From Emiliania huxleyi CCMP1516 (lineage: Eukaryota), in NCBI RefSeq assembly GCF_000372725.1, contig NW_005201154.1, forward strand, positions 333,904-362,212: DNA of 28,309 nt, read 5' to 3'. The notes beneath the pieces are model-generated. The model did not search any database. It saw nothing but the letters and a program-made list of their open reading frames with translations, and had not been told where the DNA came from. Shown here piece after piece: positions 7,767-17,147 of the stretch; the stretch's first letter is position 1; each line of letters starts with the position of its first letter. Both the position numbers and the translations under genes were made by a program.

Positions 7767-10700
7767 ATGCCGCCACCGCCACCGCCACGCATCCTCGCCG
7801 GCGCACTCTCGGTCGCCGGGCGCACCGCCGCCGCAGGATCGGCCGCGCCTGCGCCTGTGCGCCACCGGCTCGCGGAATGGTGGATGATGTTCCGGGGCAT
7901 CGACAGCCCATCCCCTCTCTCGCCGCCGTCGCCGCCGCCTCCGCCTCCTCCCTCTCCGGTGCCTTCGCCGTTGCCGGCTGCGCCGCCTCCTCCCGCTCCG
8001 CCGCCACGGCCTCCGCCGTCGCCGCCGCCCGACGCCTTCCACGCCGCGGTATGGATGGGACGCCTCGTCGGCCACAACCTCTTCGACCGGTCGCCCGCCG
8101 CGCCTCCTCGCCCGCCATCGCCGCCGCCGGTCCCGCCGTTACCGCCGTCTCCGCCACCGCCGTCGCCGTCGCCACCGCCGCCGCCGCCGCCACCCAGCCC
8201 GCCGCCGCCCTNNNNNNNNNNNNNNNNNNNNNNNNNNNNNNNNNNNNNNNNNNNNNNNNNNNNNNNNNNNNNNNNNNNNNNNNNNNNNNNNNNNNNNNNN
8301 NNNNNNNNNNNNNNNNNNNNNNNNNNNNNNNNNNNNNNNNNNNNNNNNNNNNNNNNNNNNNNNNNNNNNNNNNNNNNNNNNNNNNNNNNNNNNNNNNNNN
8401 NNNNNNNNNNNNNNNNNNNNNNNNNNNNNNNNNNNNNNNNNNNNNNNNNNNNNNNNNNNNNNNNNNNNNNNNNNNNNNNNNNNNNNNNNNNNNNNNNNNN
8501 NNNNNNNNNNNNNNNNNNNNNNNNNNNNNNNNNNNNNNNNNNNNNNNNNNNNNNNNNNNNNNNNNNNNNNNNNNNNNNNNNNNNNNNNNNNNNNNNNNNN
8601 NNNNNNNNNNNNNNNNNNNNNNNNNNNNNNNNNNNNNNNNNNNNNNNNNNNNNNNNNNNNNNNNNNNNNNNNNNNNNNNNNNNNNNNNNNNNNNNNNNNN
8701 NNNNNNNNNNNNNNNNNNNNNNNNNNNNNNNNNNNNNNNNNNNNNNNNNNNNNNNNNNNNNNNNNNNNNNNNNNNNNNNNNNNNNNNNNNNNNNNNNNNN
8801 NNNNNNNNNNNNNNNNNNNNNNNNNNNNNNNNNNNNNNNNNNNNNNNNNNNNNNNNNNNNNNNNNNNNNNNNNNNNNNNNNNNNNNNNNNNNNNNNNNNN
8901 NNNNNNNNNNNNNNNNNNNNNNNNNNNNNNNNNNNNNNNNNNNNNNNNNNNNNNNNNNNNNNNNNNNNNNNNNNNNNNNNNNNNNNNNNNNNNNNNNNNN
9001 NNNNNNNNNNNNNNNNNNNNNNNNNNNNNNNNNNNNNNNNNNNNNNNNNNNNNNNNNNNNNNNNNNNNNNNNNNNNNNNNNNNNNNNNNNNNNNNNNNNN
9101 NNNNNNNNNNNNNNGCGGAGGCATCTCTCCCCATCTCTCCCCCATCTCTCCCCCATCTCTCCCCCATCTCCCCATCTCTCCCCATCTCTCCCCATCTCTC
9201 CCCATCTCTCCCCATCTCTCCCCATCTCTCGCCCCCAATCTCCCCCATCTCTCCCCATTAGGCATCTCCCACTCGCTCTTCGACCGGTCCCCCTCCCATC
9301 CTCCCGCGCCGCCCGCGCCGCCCGCGCCGCCCGCGGCGCCGCCGCCGCCGCCGTCAGCGCCGCGGCCACCTCCGACATCTCCGCCCCGCCCACCGCCGCC
9401 GTCGTCGCCGCCGTCGCCGCCTCCCTCGCCGCCGCCGCCGCCGCCGCCGCCGTCGCCGCCGCCGCCCGCGCCTCCGCCCTCGCCTCCTCCGTCGCCGCCT
9501 CCGCCCTCGCACCCGCCGTACACGCCCTACTGGAGGGACGCACGCTGGATCGGGTGGACCGAGGAGGACGCGCGGCTGTGGGGCGGTCGCGGGCCGCTCA
9601 ACCGCCTCGCCAACCTCGTGCAGCCTCTCTCGAGAGGGGAGGCGGTGCCGTACCACACGCTCGACGATGTGCTGGGCACGCAGGCGAACGCCGCCAAGCC
9701 GTCGCACTGGATTGTGCTGCTGGGCTGCGTCCTGCTCGCCGCGGAGGTCCTCAGCGTCCTCCTCATCCAACCCTAACCCTAACCCTAACCCTGACCCTGA
9801 CCCTGACCCTGACCCTGACCCTAACCCTAACCCTAGCCTAACCCTAACCCTAACACCCTAACCCTGACCCTGACCCTAGGTCCTCACCTTCCTCCTGATC
9901 TACGTCTCCTGCTGCGTCGCGCCGCCCGGGAAGCAGACGGACGACGCTTCCGGCCGAGATTAGCCGAGATTGGCCGAGATTGGCCGAGATTGGCCGAGAT
10001 TGGCCGGGATTAGCCGCAGATTAGCCGAGATTAGCCGAGATTGGCCGGGAAGCAGACGGACGCTACGCTTGCGGCCGCGCGCCCTCCCCCCCCTCCAGCC
10101 TGGCTCGGCGGCGCTCTCCCCTTCTCCACTCACAGAGGCTCACTCCTTAGGCCGCACCCTAACCCTCCCCTAACCCTAACCCTAACCCTAACCCTAACCC
10201 TAACCCTAACCCTAACCCTAACCCTAACCCTAACCCTAACCCTAACCCTAACCCTAGGCCGCACCCTCTCCCTCCCCTAACCCTAACCCGTACCCCCTAA
10301 CCCTAACCCTAACCCTAGGCCGCAACCTTTCCCTCTCCGACCTGCCCCCGCACGGGCCTGCTTGGGCGCCGCGCCCGCTCTGCTCCAGCACACGCAGCGG
10401 GTCCGTGTACAGCGGCAGCGGCGGCGGCGGCGGCGGCGGCAGCTTGGGCGGCGCGCTGTGGAGCGGCCGCCAGTACGGCGGGCCAATCCCTCCCCACATC
10501 TCCCCACATCTCCCCGTATCTCCCCATAGGAGCGGCCGCCCGTACGAGCGCGTCCAGACGGCGGTGTACGACAGCGGCGAGCCGAGACCGCCGACCGACG
10601 CCGGCTCTCCTCGCCGGACCCTTCTCGGACCCTTCTCGGACCCTTCCTGCAGGCGACCCGTGGGCCGACCACGCGGCCCTTTCCTAGACCTTTCCTGGAC

Positions 10701-11491
10701 CCTTCCTGGACCCTTCCTGCAGGCGACCCGTGGGCCGACCACGCGCGGCTGTTCACAGCCAGAGGTGTGAAGAGACGCTGTTCACACCGCAGGCGACCCG
10801 TGGGCCGACCACGCGCGGCTGTTCGACGTGCTGGCCCCGCGCGAGGGAGGGGCCTTCTCGGACGACGACGACGACTCGTCCATCGGGTCGACGCGCGGAG
10901 TCTCCGGCCGCCCCTCGCGTACCATACCCCCCAGAGTGGTCGAACCCAGTGTGGGTTCAGTGTCCGTGGGTGGTGCGGTAGGCCGGCACTCCCGCGCAGC
11001 AGAGGCGGGCGGAGGCGTCAGCCCGGTCGGCACCGCCAGCAGCCGCCGCTCGCTCGCGCAGGCAAAGGCGTCGGTGCCGCGTTCCGCCTCTTCGCCCGCC
11101 GAGCTCAGCGAGACTGCGGAGCCAGAGTCGCCGCTCGCGCGCGCGCAGCGGCTCGAGCAGCTCGCGCTGCAGGAGCAGCTCGCTGCGGCTGGCTGGAGGA
11201 CACGTCCACGACACGTCCGTCAGCCGTCCGAGACGTGTCCCGCAGGAGCAGCTCGCGAGGCTGGCTGGCGCGGGGGGCTGCGCGCGCCCGCCGGGCGGTG
11301 GCCGCGCGCCGTTCGACGGACGCGCGGCAGAGGGGCGCGCGGAGAGCTTCCCGCGCGGCTTTGGGGCGAGGGCAAAGGTGGCGCCGCAGTCGGCGGCGCT
11401 GCAGGCGGCGCAGCAGCGGCGTCTCGCGCGCGCGCGCGCGGCGAGGGAGGAGGGGGGGCCTCCGGCGCAGTCGTTCACGGTGCTTGTGTGA
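7767..11491 (+). CDS. Multi-exon proline-rich (SPPP/extensin-like) protein with one predicted transmembrane helix; spans an assembly gap
   Basis: ATG at 7767; SPPPP tracts. Predicted introns: 9121-9261, 9747-9879, one around 9950-10045, one ending at 10318, 10461-10529, one ending at 10792, and 11173-11245. Spliced TM segment WIVLLGCVLLAAEVLTFLLIYVSCCV; last exon reads EQLARLAG...AKVAPQSAALQAAQQRRLARARAAREEGGPPAQSFTVLV* (TGA 11489-11491). Continuity across the gap is assumed. Confidence 0.6.
9121..9258 (+). repeat. Intronic 10-bp tandem repeat (CCCCATCTCT)n
   Basis: Direct inspection; lies inside predicted GC-AG intron 9121-9261. Confidence 0.9.
9769..9879 (+). repeat. Intronic telomere-type repeat (CCCTAA/CCCTGA)n ending in CCCTAG
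   Basis: Direct inspection; interstitial, not a chromosome end. Confidence 0.92.
9952..10046 (+). repeat. 10-bp tandem repeat (GGCCGAGATT/AGCCGAGATT)n, probably intronic
   Basis: Direct inspection; introduces an in-frame stop and is flanked by an 18-bp direct repeat. Confidence 0.88.
10157..10318 (+). repeat. Intronic telomere-type repeat (CCCTAA)n, two blocks
   Basis: Direct inspection; each block ends in CCCTAG|GCCGCA. Confidence 0.92.
10616..10720 (+). repeat. Intronic 11-bp repeat (GGACCCTTCCT/GGACCCTTCTC)n interleaved with exon-start copies
   Basis: Direct inspection. Confidence 0.8.
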
Positions 11492-11827
11492 GGGGCGAGG
11501 GGCGTGGCGCGTGGCCTCTACTGCCGGTCTGTGTGAGGGTGTCTGCAGTCTGGTCGTCGCCGGCCGACGCATCTCTCACTTTCCGCTCGCGTTGTGTTAC
11601 ACGGTATCAAACTCTATACTGTCAGGACAGCGGACCGCCACCGCTGCAGAAAAATTTAGGACCGCGCAAGATATAAGGTAAGGTAAGGTAAACTTCTCCA
11701 CACACACGAGGTGGTGTGGGGCAAGGGGGGGCACGGCCACGGGCAACCCTCGCGTCTCCACGTCTAACGTGTAACGACAGGAGCCCCACGGCATTCAAAG
11801 TGCAAGGCCCGGTGCGCGTGGGTGAGC

Positions 11828-11828
<1 letters not shown>

Positions 11829-11860
<32 letters not shown>
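11829..11860. repeat. (GT)n microsatellite
   Basis: Direct inspection. Confidence 0.95.
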
Positions 11861-11861
<1 letters not shown>

Positions 11862-12025
11862 TCACGTCACACTGCAGGCCGACTACACGGTGAGCCATAC
11901 GGACCTTGCACAAACGAACCTTTCCTTCTAAGCAGGGCTACACAATGACCCTATAGTGTGGGGGTGTTCCTGGCGAGTTGTGATGAGTAGAATTAGACTA
12001 GCCAATACTATTTTGAAGTTCATAT

Positions 12026-12895
12026 ATGAAAATACCAACTTGCCTATGTGCACGTCTCCGCGGCGGCGGCCCGGAGGCGGCCCGGCGGAGCAGTCAGAGC
12101 AGCACTGCGCCGGCCGGCGAGCGACTCTCGACTATAGTACGGGCTCTATTGAATGGCCTCAAGGTGCTCTCTAGGACTGCCCTACTCCGCTCGCCCGGCT
12201 ACGACGCTGAGCTTGAAGGAAAAGGTTTCGCTCGGCACGACGTCGGAGAGCAAACTTCGGCGTTCGTCCTATGTGGAATGCTGGACGCACGTAGGCAAGT
12301 GGCCCATGACCAGGCGGGCTGCTGCTCAGAATCTGGGCCGTCGGCGCTCGCTCTCGCGCTCTTCATAACGGCGTTGCCCCCTCCCTCCCGCGCCGACGTT
12401 GGGCAGCCCGACCACGACAACGCCAGTGCCGCTGGCCTGCAACTCGAGGCGCCTTTGAATGAGCACGAGCCGGTGCGCGACGCGGCGCGGGTGATGCAGC
12501 CCAAGGTGACGGCGACGGCGGAGGGGTCGGCGGCGGAGGGGGAGGCGGCAGCGGCGGCGATGGCCGCGGGGTCGGCCCGCCCGCCTTTGCTGCTGGTGCT
12601 GTGGGATGTCGGTCATCTGCCACCACTCGCCAGCGACAAGGTTGCCGGGTCCATGGACGCAGACTTGCTGGAAATTGAAGAGTTGCTCGGCGTGCGTTAC
12701 TGCGATCCGAGTCAGATGACTGCGGTGGCGCTGAGGAACCCTGTCGATGAAGACGACGACCGCTTGGAGTACCTCGTCTCTGGTTCGGCAGGTCCCGACG
12801 ACCGTGGCTTCCATTCTGTCGCTTGGTTTTTTCACGGCGACTTGCTGGACCATGCAGGTGCGGACACGGTCAAGGCAGCGATACAAGAGTATTAG
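12026..12895 (+). CDS. Hypothetical protein with a possible C-terminal chromo-like domain (may be mobile-element derived or degenerate)
   Basis: 289-aa ORF. The C-terminus LEIEELLGVR...LEYLVSG...AWFFHGDL...AAIQEY follows the chromodomain pattern (VE.Il..R / eYLV / W....L / I..F) with insertions. Start codon uncertain. Confidence 0.35.
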   Translation: MKIPTCLCARLRGGGPEAARRSSQSSTAPAGERLSTIVRALLNGLKVLSRTALLRSPGYDAELEGKGFARHDVGEQTSAFVLCGMLDARRQVAHDQAGCCSESGPSALALALFITALPPPSRADVGQPDHDNASAAGLQLEAPLNEHEPVRDAARVMQPKVTATAEGSAAEGEAAAAAMAAGSARPPLLLVLWDVGHLPPLASDKVAGSMDADLLEIEELLGVRYCDPSQMTAVALRNPVDEDDDRLEYLVSGSAGPDDRGFHSVAWFFHGDLLDHAGADTVKAAIQEY

Positions 12896-13123
12896 AACTG
12901 GATAAGGAATTCACGGCGCTGGCGGAGGCGTGTGACGAGGCTGATGCTGAGTAGCCGCACCAGCGATGCTCAGCGGCAGTGTGCGCCGACCAGGGGCAGG
13001 GCCAGTGGTAGACAGTGGACGTGGTGAGGCTGCTCTTCGAGCGATGACACTAGCAGGAGCATCATGAGTGTCATCGGAGTCACTTGTGTTACGATATCAC
13101 CACGCCGCCACGCTCGCAAGGGC

Positions 13124-13183
13124 CGCCTAAGCGCCTAAGCACCCTAAGCACCCCCCCGCTTAGGCCGCTTAGGCGCTTAGGCG
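13124..13183. repeat. Inverted repeat/hairpin built from CCTAAGC units
   Basis: cgcctaagcgcctaagc (13124-13140) is the perfect reverse complement of 13167-13183; inner arms 13143-13149 and 13158-13164. Confidence 0.9.
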
Positions 13184-13634
13184 AGTGACGGCCGACTCCC
13201 CGGGGCCTGGCGTGCCTCCGCCATGGGCTGAGCGCCTGGGAGAGCCACTCAGCAAGTGGTGTGCGAGCGTGTAGCCTTTAGCGTGCAGTCGGCCTGCATG
13301 TCTGCATCCTCTGCCGGTTCCTCCCGTCGGCGTCGCCTCTTCTTTGTTCGAATGTTTTTCAATCCATCCTTCACGAAGCCCTCCCATGTAGCTAGCGTTC
13401 TTTGCGAATGTCTCGAAATGGCCAGCAGGCGCTGTCTGCTCGCGGCCTGTGCGGGCCGCTCGTCCTCCTCGCCCTTCTTTCTTCGTCCTCCCGAGTCCCG
13501 TCCCTCCCACCGGCGGCTCGCAAGGCGCCCGCGTCGCAGACGCCAGAGAGCTGCGCTGGGCAGCCACGTCTTTTCCCCGACAATTAAAAGGAAGAATTCA
13601 TTAGAGTCACACCACACACACACCACACAGCCGG

Positions 13635-15107
13635 TTAGACAGAGCATGCATGCCGCCGGGGGCAGGGCGCCCACGCCTCGATCTTCTTGGGCAGCAGCTG
13701 GTTCGACAGGTCCTCTCCGTGGCCAAGGCAGCCGCGTTCGCCCTGGCCCCAGGAAAAGACAGCGCCGTCGCCGGTGACGGCGAAGCTGTGCGTGAAGCCA
13801 GCCGACACAGAGCTGACGCGCCGCCCCGCCAAGGCCTCGACCTTCTTTGGCAGCAGCTGGTGCTGCACATCGCCGTGGCCCAACTTGCCATAGTAGCCAC
13901 GGCCCCAGCTCCAGACGGCTCCATCGGCGGCGAGGGCGAGGCTGTGGTACGCTCCAGCCGACACAGCGACGACGCGCTGGCCGACAAAAGCCTCGATCTT
14001 CTTGGGCAGCAGCTGGTCCTGCCCGCCGCCGTGGCCCAGCGCTAGCTGACCTCCATAGCCCCAGCTCCAGGCGGCGCCGTCAGCGGTGATGGCGAGGCTG
14101 TGGGAGTATCCAGCCGACACAGCGATGACGCGCGGGCCAACCAAGGCCTCGACCTTCTTCGGCAGCAGCTGTAGCTGCTGGTCGCCGTGGCCCAACCGGC
14201 CGTCGGCTCCACTGCCCCAGCTCCAGACAGCTCCGTCGGCGGTGATGGCGAGGCTGTGGCAGTCTCCAGCCAAGACGGCGACGACGCGCTTGTCAGCCAA
14301 GGCCTCAATCTTCTCAGGAAGCTCCGTGTCCTGCCGGTCGCCGTGGCCCAGCTGCCCCTCGGCTCCCCGGCCCCAGCTCCAGACGGCGCCGTCGGCCGTG
14401 AGGGCGAGGCTGTGACTACCTCCAGCCGAGACGGCGACGACGCGCTGACCAGCAAAGGCCTCGACCTTCTTCGGTTGCCACTCGTTCAGCGCCCAGTCGC
14501 CGTGACCCAGCCTGCCTTCGACCCCCCAGCCCCAGCTCCAGACAGCGCCGCCGGCGGTGAGGGCAAGGCTGTGGGCATCTCCCACCGACACACTCAGGGC
14601 GCGCTCGTCACCCAGCGTGGAAGGGAGGCGTGTCGGCGTGTTGAGCCGCGTCACGCCCTCGCCGTGGCCAAGGAGGCCCGGAACCTCCTCCAAGTCCTCC
14701 ACGTCCTCCTCTTCCGCATTGCCGCACGACGAGAGCCGCCCCTCGCCGTCGATGAAGAGGCTGTGGTAGCGGTCTGCCGCCGCCCTCGCCGGCGGGTTGG
14801 ACTCGCAGAGCAGCGCAGAATAGCACAGCCACCGCACGGCGCAGCCCTCGCCGTCCGGCTGCGCATGCAGCTCGAAGCCGCGCTCTCGCGCCCACAAGCG
14901 GATGGCCTCTAGCGCAAGCGAGGCGTGGAAGAGCAGCGAGACGGCCGCGACGCGAGCGATGTCGGCGGGGTCGCAGCGAGAGAGGGCGCGCACGAGGAGC
15001 TCCGTGGGGAGGTCGAGGAGGCGGATGGACGGCGGCGTATCTGGCGACGGGGCGGCGGCGGCGGCGGAGGCGAGGCGGCGCGAGCGGCGGCGCGGCGGGG
15101 TGGACAT
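13635..15107 (-). CDS. F-box + RCC1-repeat (7-bladed beta-propeller) protein, 490 aa, intronless
   Basis: N-terminal LLDLPTELLVRALSRCDPADIARVAAVS (F-box); seven ~52-aa repeats SAG..HSLA.T.DGAVWSWG.G..G.LGHG. Confidence 0.9.
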   Translation of the reverse strand: MSTPPRRRSRRLASAAAAAPSPDTPPSIRLLDLPTELLVRALSRCDPADIARVAAVSLLFHASLALEAIRLWARERGFELHAQPDGEGCAVRWLCYSALLCESNPPARAAADRYHSLFIDGEGRLSSCGNAEEEDVEDLEEVPGLLGHGEGVTRLNTPTRLPSTLGDERALSVSVGDAHSLALTAGGAVWSWGWGVEGRLGHGDWALNEWQPKKVEAFAGQRVVAVSAGGSHSLALTADGAVWSWGRGAEGQLGHGDRQDTELPEKIEALADKRVVAVLAGDCHSLAITADGAVWSWGSGADGRLGHGDQQLQLLPKKVEALVGPRVIAVSAGYSHSLAITADGAAWSWGYGGQLALGHGGGQDQLLPKKIEAFVGQRVVAVSAGAYHSLALAADGAVWSWGRGYYGKLGHGDVQHQLLPKKVEALAGRRVSSVSAGFTHSFAVTGDGAVFSWGQGERGCLGHGEDLSNQLLPKKIEAWAPCPRRHACSV

Positions 15108-15253
15108 CGCGAAGAAAAGAATTTCCTGCGGGTCGCTCCCCTCTCCCGTTCCAAAAAATCGCGGCTGAGTTTTGTTTGAAAGTTCACCGTGTCGCGACAG
15201 GGGCGGGACGCGCGCCCGACCTCGAGCCCTGTCGGTCCTGCCGCCGCAGTCAG

Positions 15254-16636
15254 ATGGACACCTCCACGGAGGTGGCTACCAAATGCGCGGCACATGCCCT
15301 CGTCCTGTCGCACAGCGCGGACTGCTGCTGCGACCTGCGCGGCCTCTCATGCATGCCGGCCGCGCGCTGCTTGAAGAGGGACACCGCCCACGTCTCTGAT
15401 GGAGTGTCTTTGCGAAAATGGATGCGCGAGACACAATCGACCAATGCGAGCGCTTGGTACAAGGGCCTGTTCCAGCCACCGGGGATGTTTCTGCAGTACT
15501 CGACCATACATGCGTGGCAGTCATGGCTCCGAACGGGCTCCTTTGCCGGCCGATGGCCACCAATCCTCTACCGGTACATCCCAAACGACAATGCGTGGTG
15601 CGTGCAGCGTGGCCTGCGTGGCCTTTCGTGCTTCCTCGGTGGCACCACGGGTGACGAGATGGTGCAACCGTCCGCGCTCGGTGGGGACGCGCTCAGACTG
15701 TCACCCGCCCGACTGCCGAGCCACGCATCAGCTGCACGAGAGGTCAACCGCGTTCAACAGTTCCGGCACGAACGCCCGCTCCAGAGACAAAAGGAGCTGG
15801 CGCCGTTGCAGTACATGCTCACGTACGCGCACGTGAGCGCGGTTCTGTTCAGCCCACAGCCCCCCGTCACAGCAGCCTACTCGCACCATCTCAAGTCTAT
15901 ACGGCCCAGTCATGAGCGGCGCTTGGCGCTGACTGTTGGCCTGCACATCCGACGTGCCGACTCGTGCACGCGTATCAAGACGCTACAGCTCAAGCCTGCC
16001 CCACTCGAGCACATGGGGCAGCACAGCAACTCGCGGATGTGCTTCGCAACGAGCGTATACATGGACGCGCTGCTGAAGCTGTACCGGAGGTATGGCCCCC
16101 TCAAGGTTCTTGTGTCGTCCGACTCGTCTTCAGACATGGTTGCAGAGATGCGTGCGGCGGGCGGCGCGTTCAGGCAGGTGTTCCAGAGCTCGCACTGGCA
16201 CTATCTCGACTACCCGCGCGATGACTTCAGCTACCCCGAAGCGGCGGCGCAACGCAAGTCCGGCGCGCAACCCTTCATCGAGTTTATCAGCGACAAGAGG
16301 CAGCAAGCGCGAATTGGCGAGACGGCGTTCGCCGACCTTGTGCACCTGAGCCACATGCAATTCTTTGTCGGCCACCTTGGCTCGCGCTTTGGCAAATCTG
16401 CGTGGGCTCTGGCCACTGCACGGCACAACACGTTTGTGCCGTACATTTCCGTGGATGGGCACTCGCCGTGTTGTGCTATAGACGAGAACTGCGCCCTCCT
16501 TGCCATGCGCGGCATGGTCGACTGCCTCTCCTTTGCCCACGAGCATGGGTGTCCCAACAACCATTATTGGCAGGAAGGTGCTACAGCGCGATGGGAGGGC
16601 AGGTGCGCCACGCCTGCCGAGCGTCGTCGAGCTTAG
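15254..16636 (+). CDS. Alpha-1,6-fucosyltransferase-like glycosyltransferase (GT23, FUT8/NodZ-type)
   Basis: Motif I VGLHIRRADS, motif II VLVSSDS, motif III ADLVHLSHMQFFVGHLGSRF. First ATG is 15254; start uncertain. Confidence 0.72.
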   Translation: MDTSTEVATKCAAHALVLSHSADCCCDLRGLSCMPAARCLKRDTAHVSDGVSLRKWMRETQSTNASAWYKGLFQPPGMFLQYSTIHAWQSWLRTGSFAGRWPPILYRYIPNDNAWCVQRGLRGLSCFLGGTTGDEMVQPSALGGDALRLSPARLPSHASAAREVNRVQQFRHERPLQRQKELAPLQYMLTYAHVSAVLFSPQPPVTAAYSHHLKSIRPSHERRLALTVGLHIRRADSCTRIKTLQLKPAPLEHMGQHSNSRMCFATSVYMDALLKLYRRYGPLKVLVSSDSSSDMVAEMRAAGGAFRQVFQSSHWHYLDYPRDDFSYPEAAAQRKSGAQPFIEFISDKRQQARIGETAFADLVHLSHMQFFVGHLGSRFGKSAWALATARHNTFVPYISVDGHSPCCAIDENCALLAMRGMVDCLSFAHEHGCPNNHYWQEGATARWEGRCATPAERRRA

Positions 16637-17123
16637 GTGTGTGATGGTCTCTGCACTCTGGCTCTCCAGAGAGGTGGGAGTGGTCTCATTTAGGCTCGTT
16701 TAGGAGTGGTGCCCTATGCTATCGGGACCCGCCCCCTCGTTTAGGACGTTAGTAAATGTTATTGTTGGTGAATTGTGTTTGAAACGGGCGAAAGCGAGAG
16801 TCTGCGAGAGTCCGCCGGACATTGGCTCCGTAGGTAGGTATCATCGGATAAGTTCACAACGAAACGGACGTTCAGGCGCGCAGCCCGGACTTGATTTGCC
16901 TCGCGACCACACGGTTGATGACACCTACTGTCTGGATGTCTCGCCGGTGGCGGCCTGTGCTGCGGCGGCGGCGGGCGAGGACGCCACCGACGACCTGTGC
17001 GGCGTCACGTCCAACCGCAAGAAGCAGGAGGTCTACTCGCCGACGGGGGTGACCAAGAGGGACGACGCCGCCAGCCGTGGCGACGCCGCTCCCTCGGATG
17101 ACGCCGCGACAGCCGCCGCCGGC

Positions 17124-17147
17124 CAGCAGCAGCAGCAGCAGCAGCAG
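17124..17147 (+). repeat. (CAG)8 microsatellite
   Basis: Direct inspection. Confidence 0.85.

Noticed and set aside
7513..9841. Long ORFs in several frames across the gap
   Set aside because: Artefacts of N runs and GC-rich low complexity; only the proline-rich plus frame is retained.
9769..10318. True telomere or chromosome end
   Set aside because: Short interstitial arrays flanked on both sides by coding exons.
10653..10826. CRISPR-like array (regularly spaced repeats)
   Set aside because: Eukaryotic context, only three copies, repeats are exon-start duplicates with microsatellite spacers, and no cas genes.
13635..15107. UVR8 photoreceptor
   Set aside because: No GWRHT motifs, and an N-terminal F-box is present; it is a generic RCC1 propeller.
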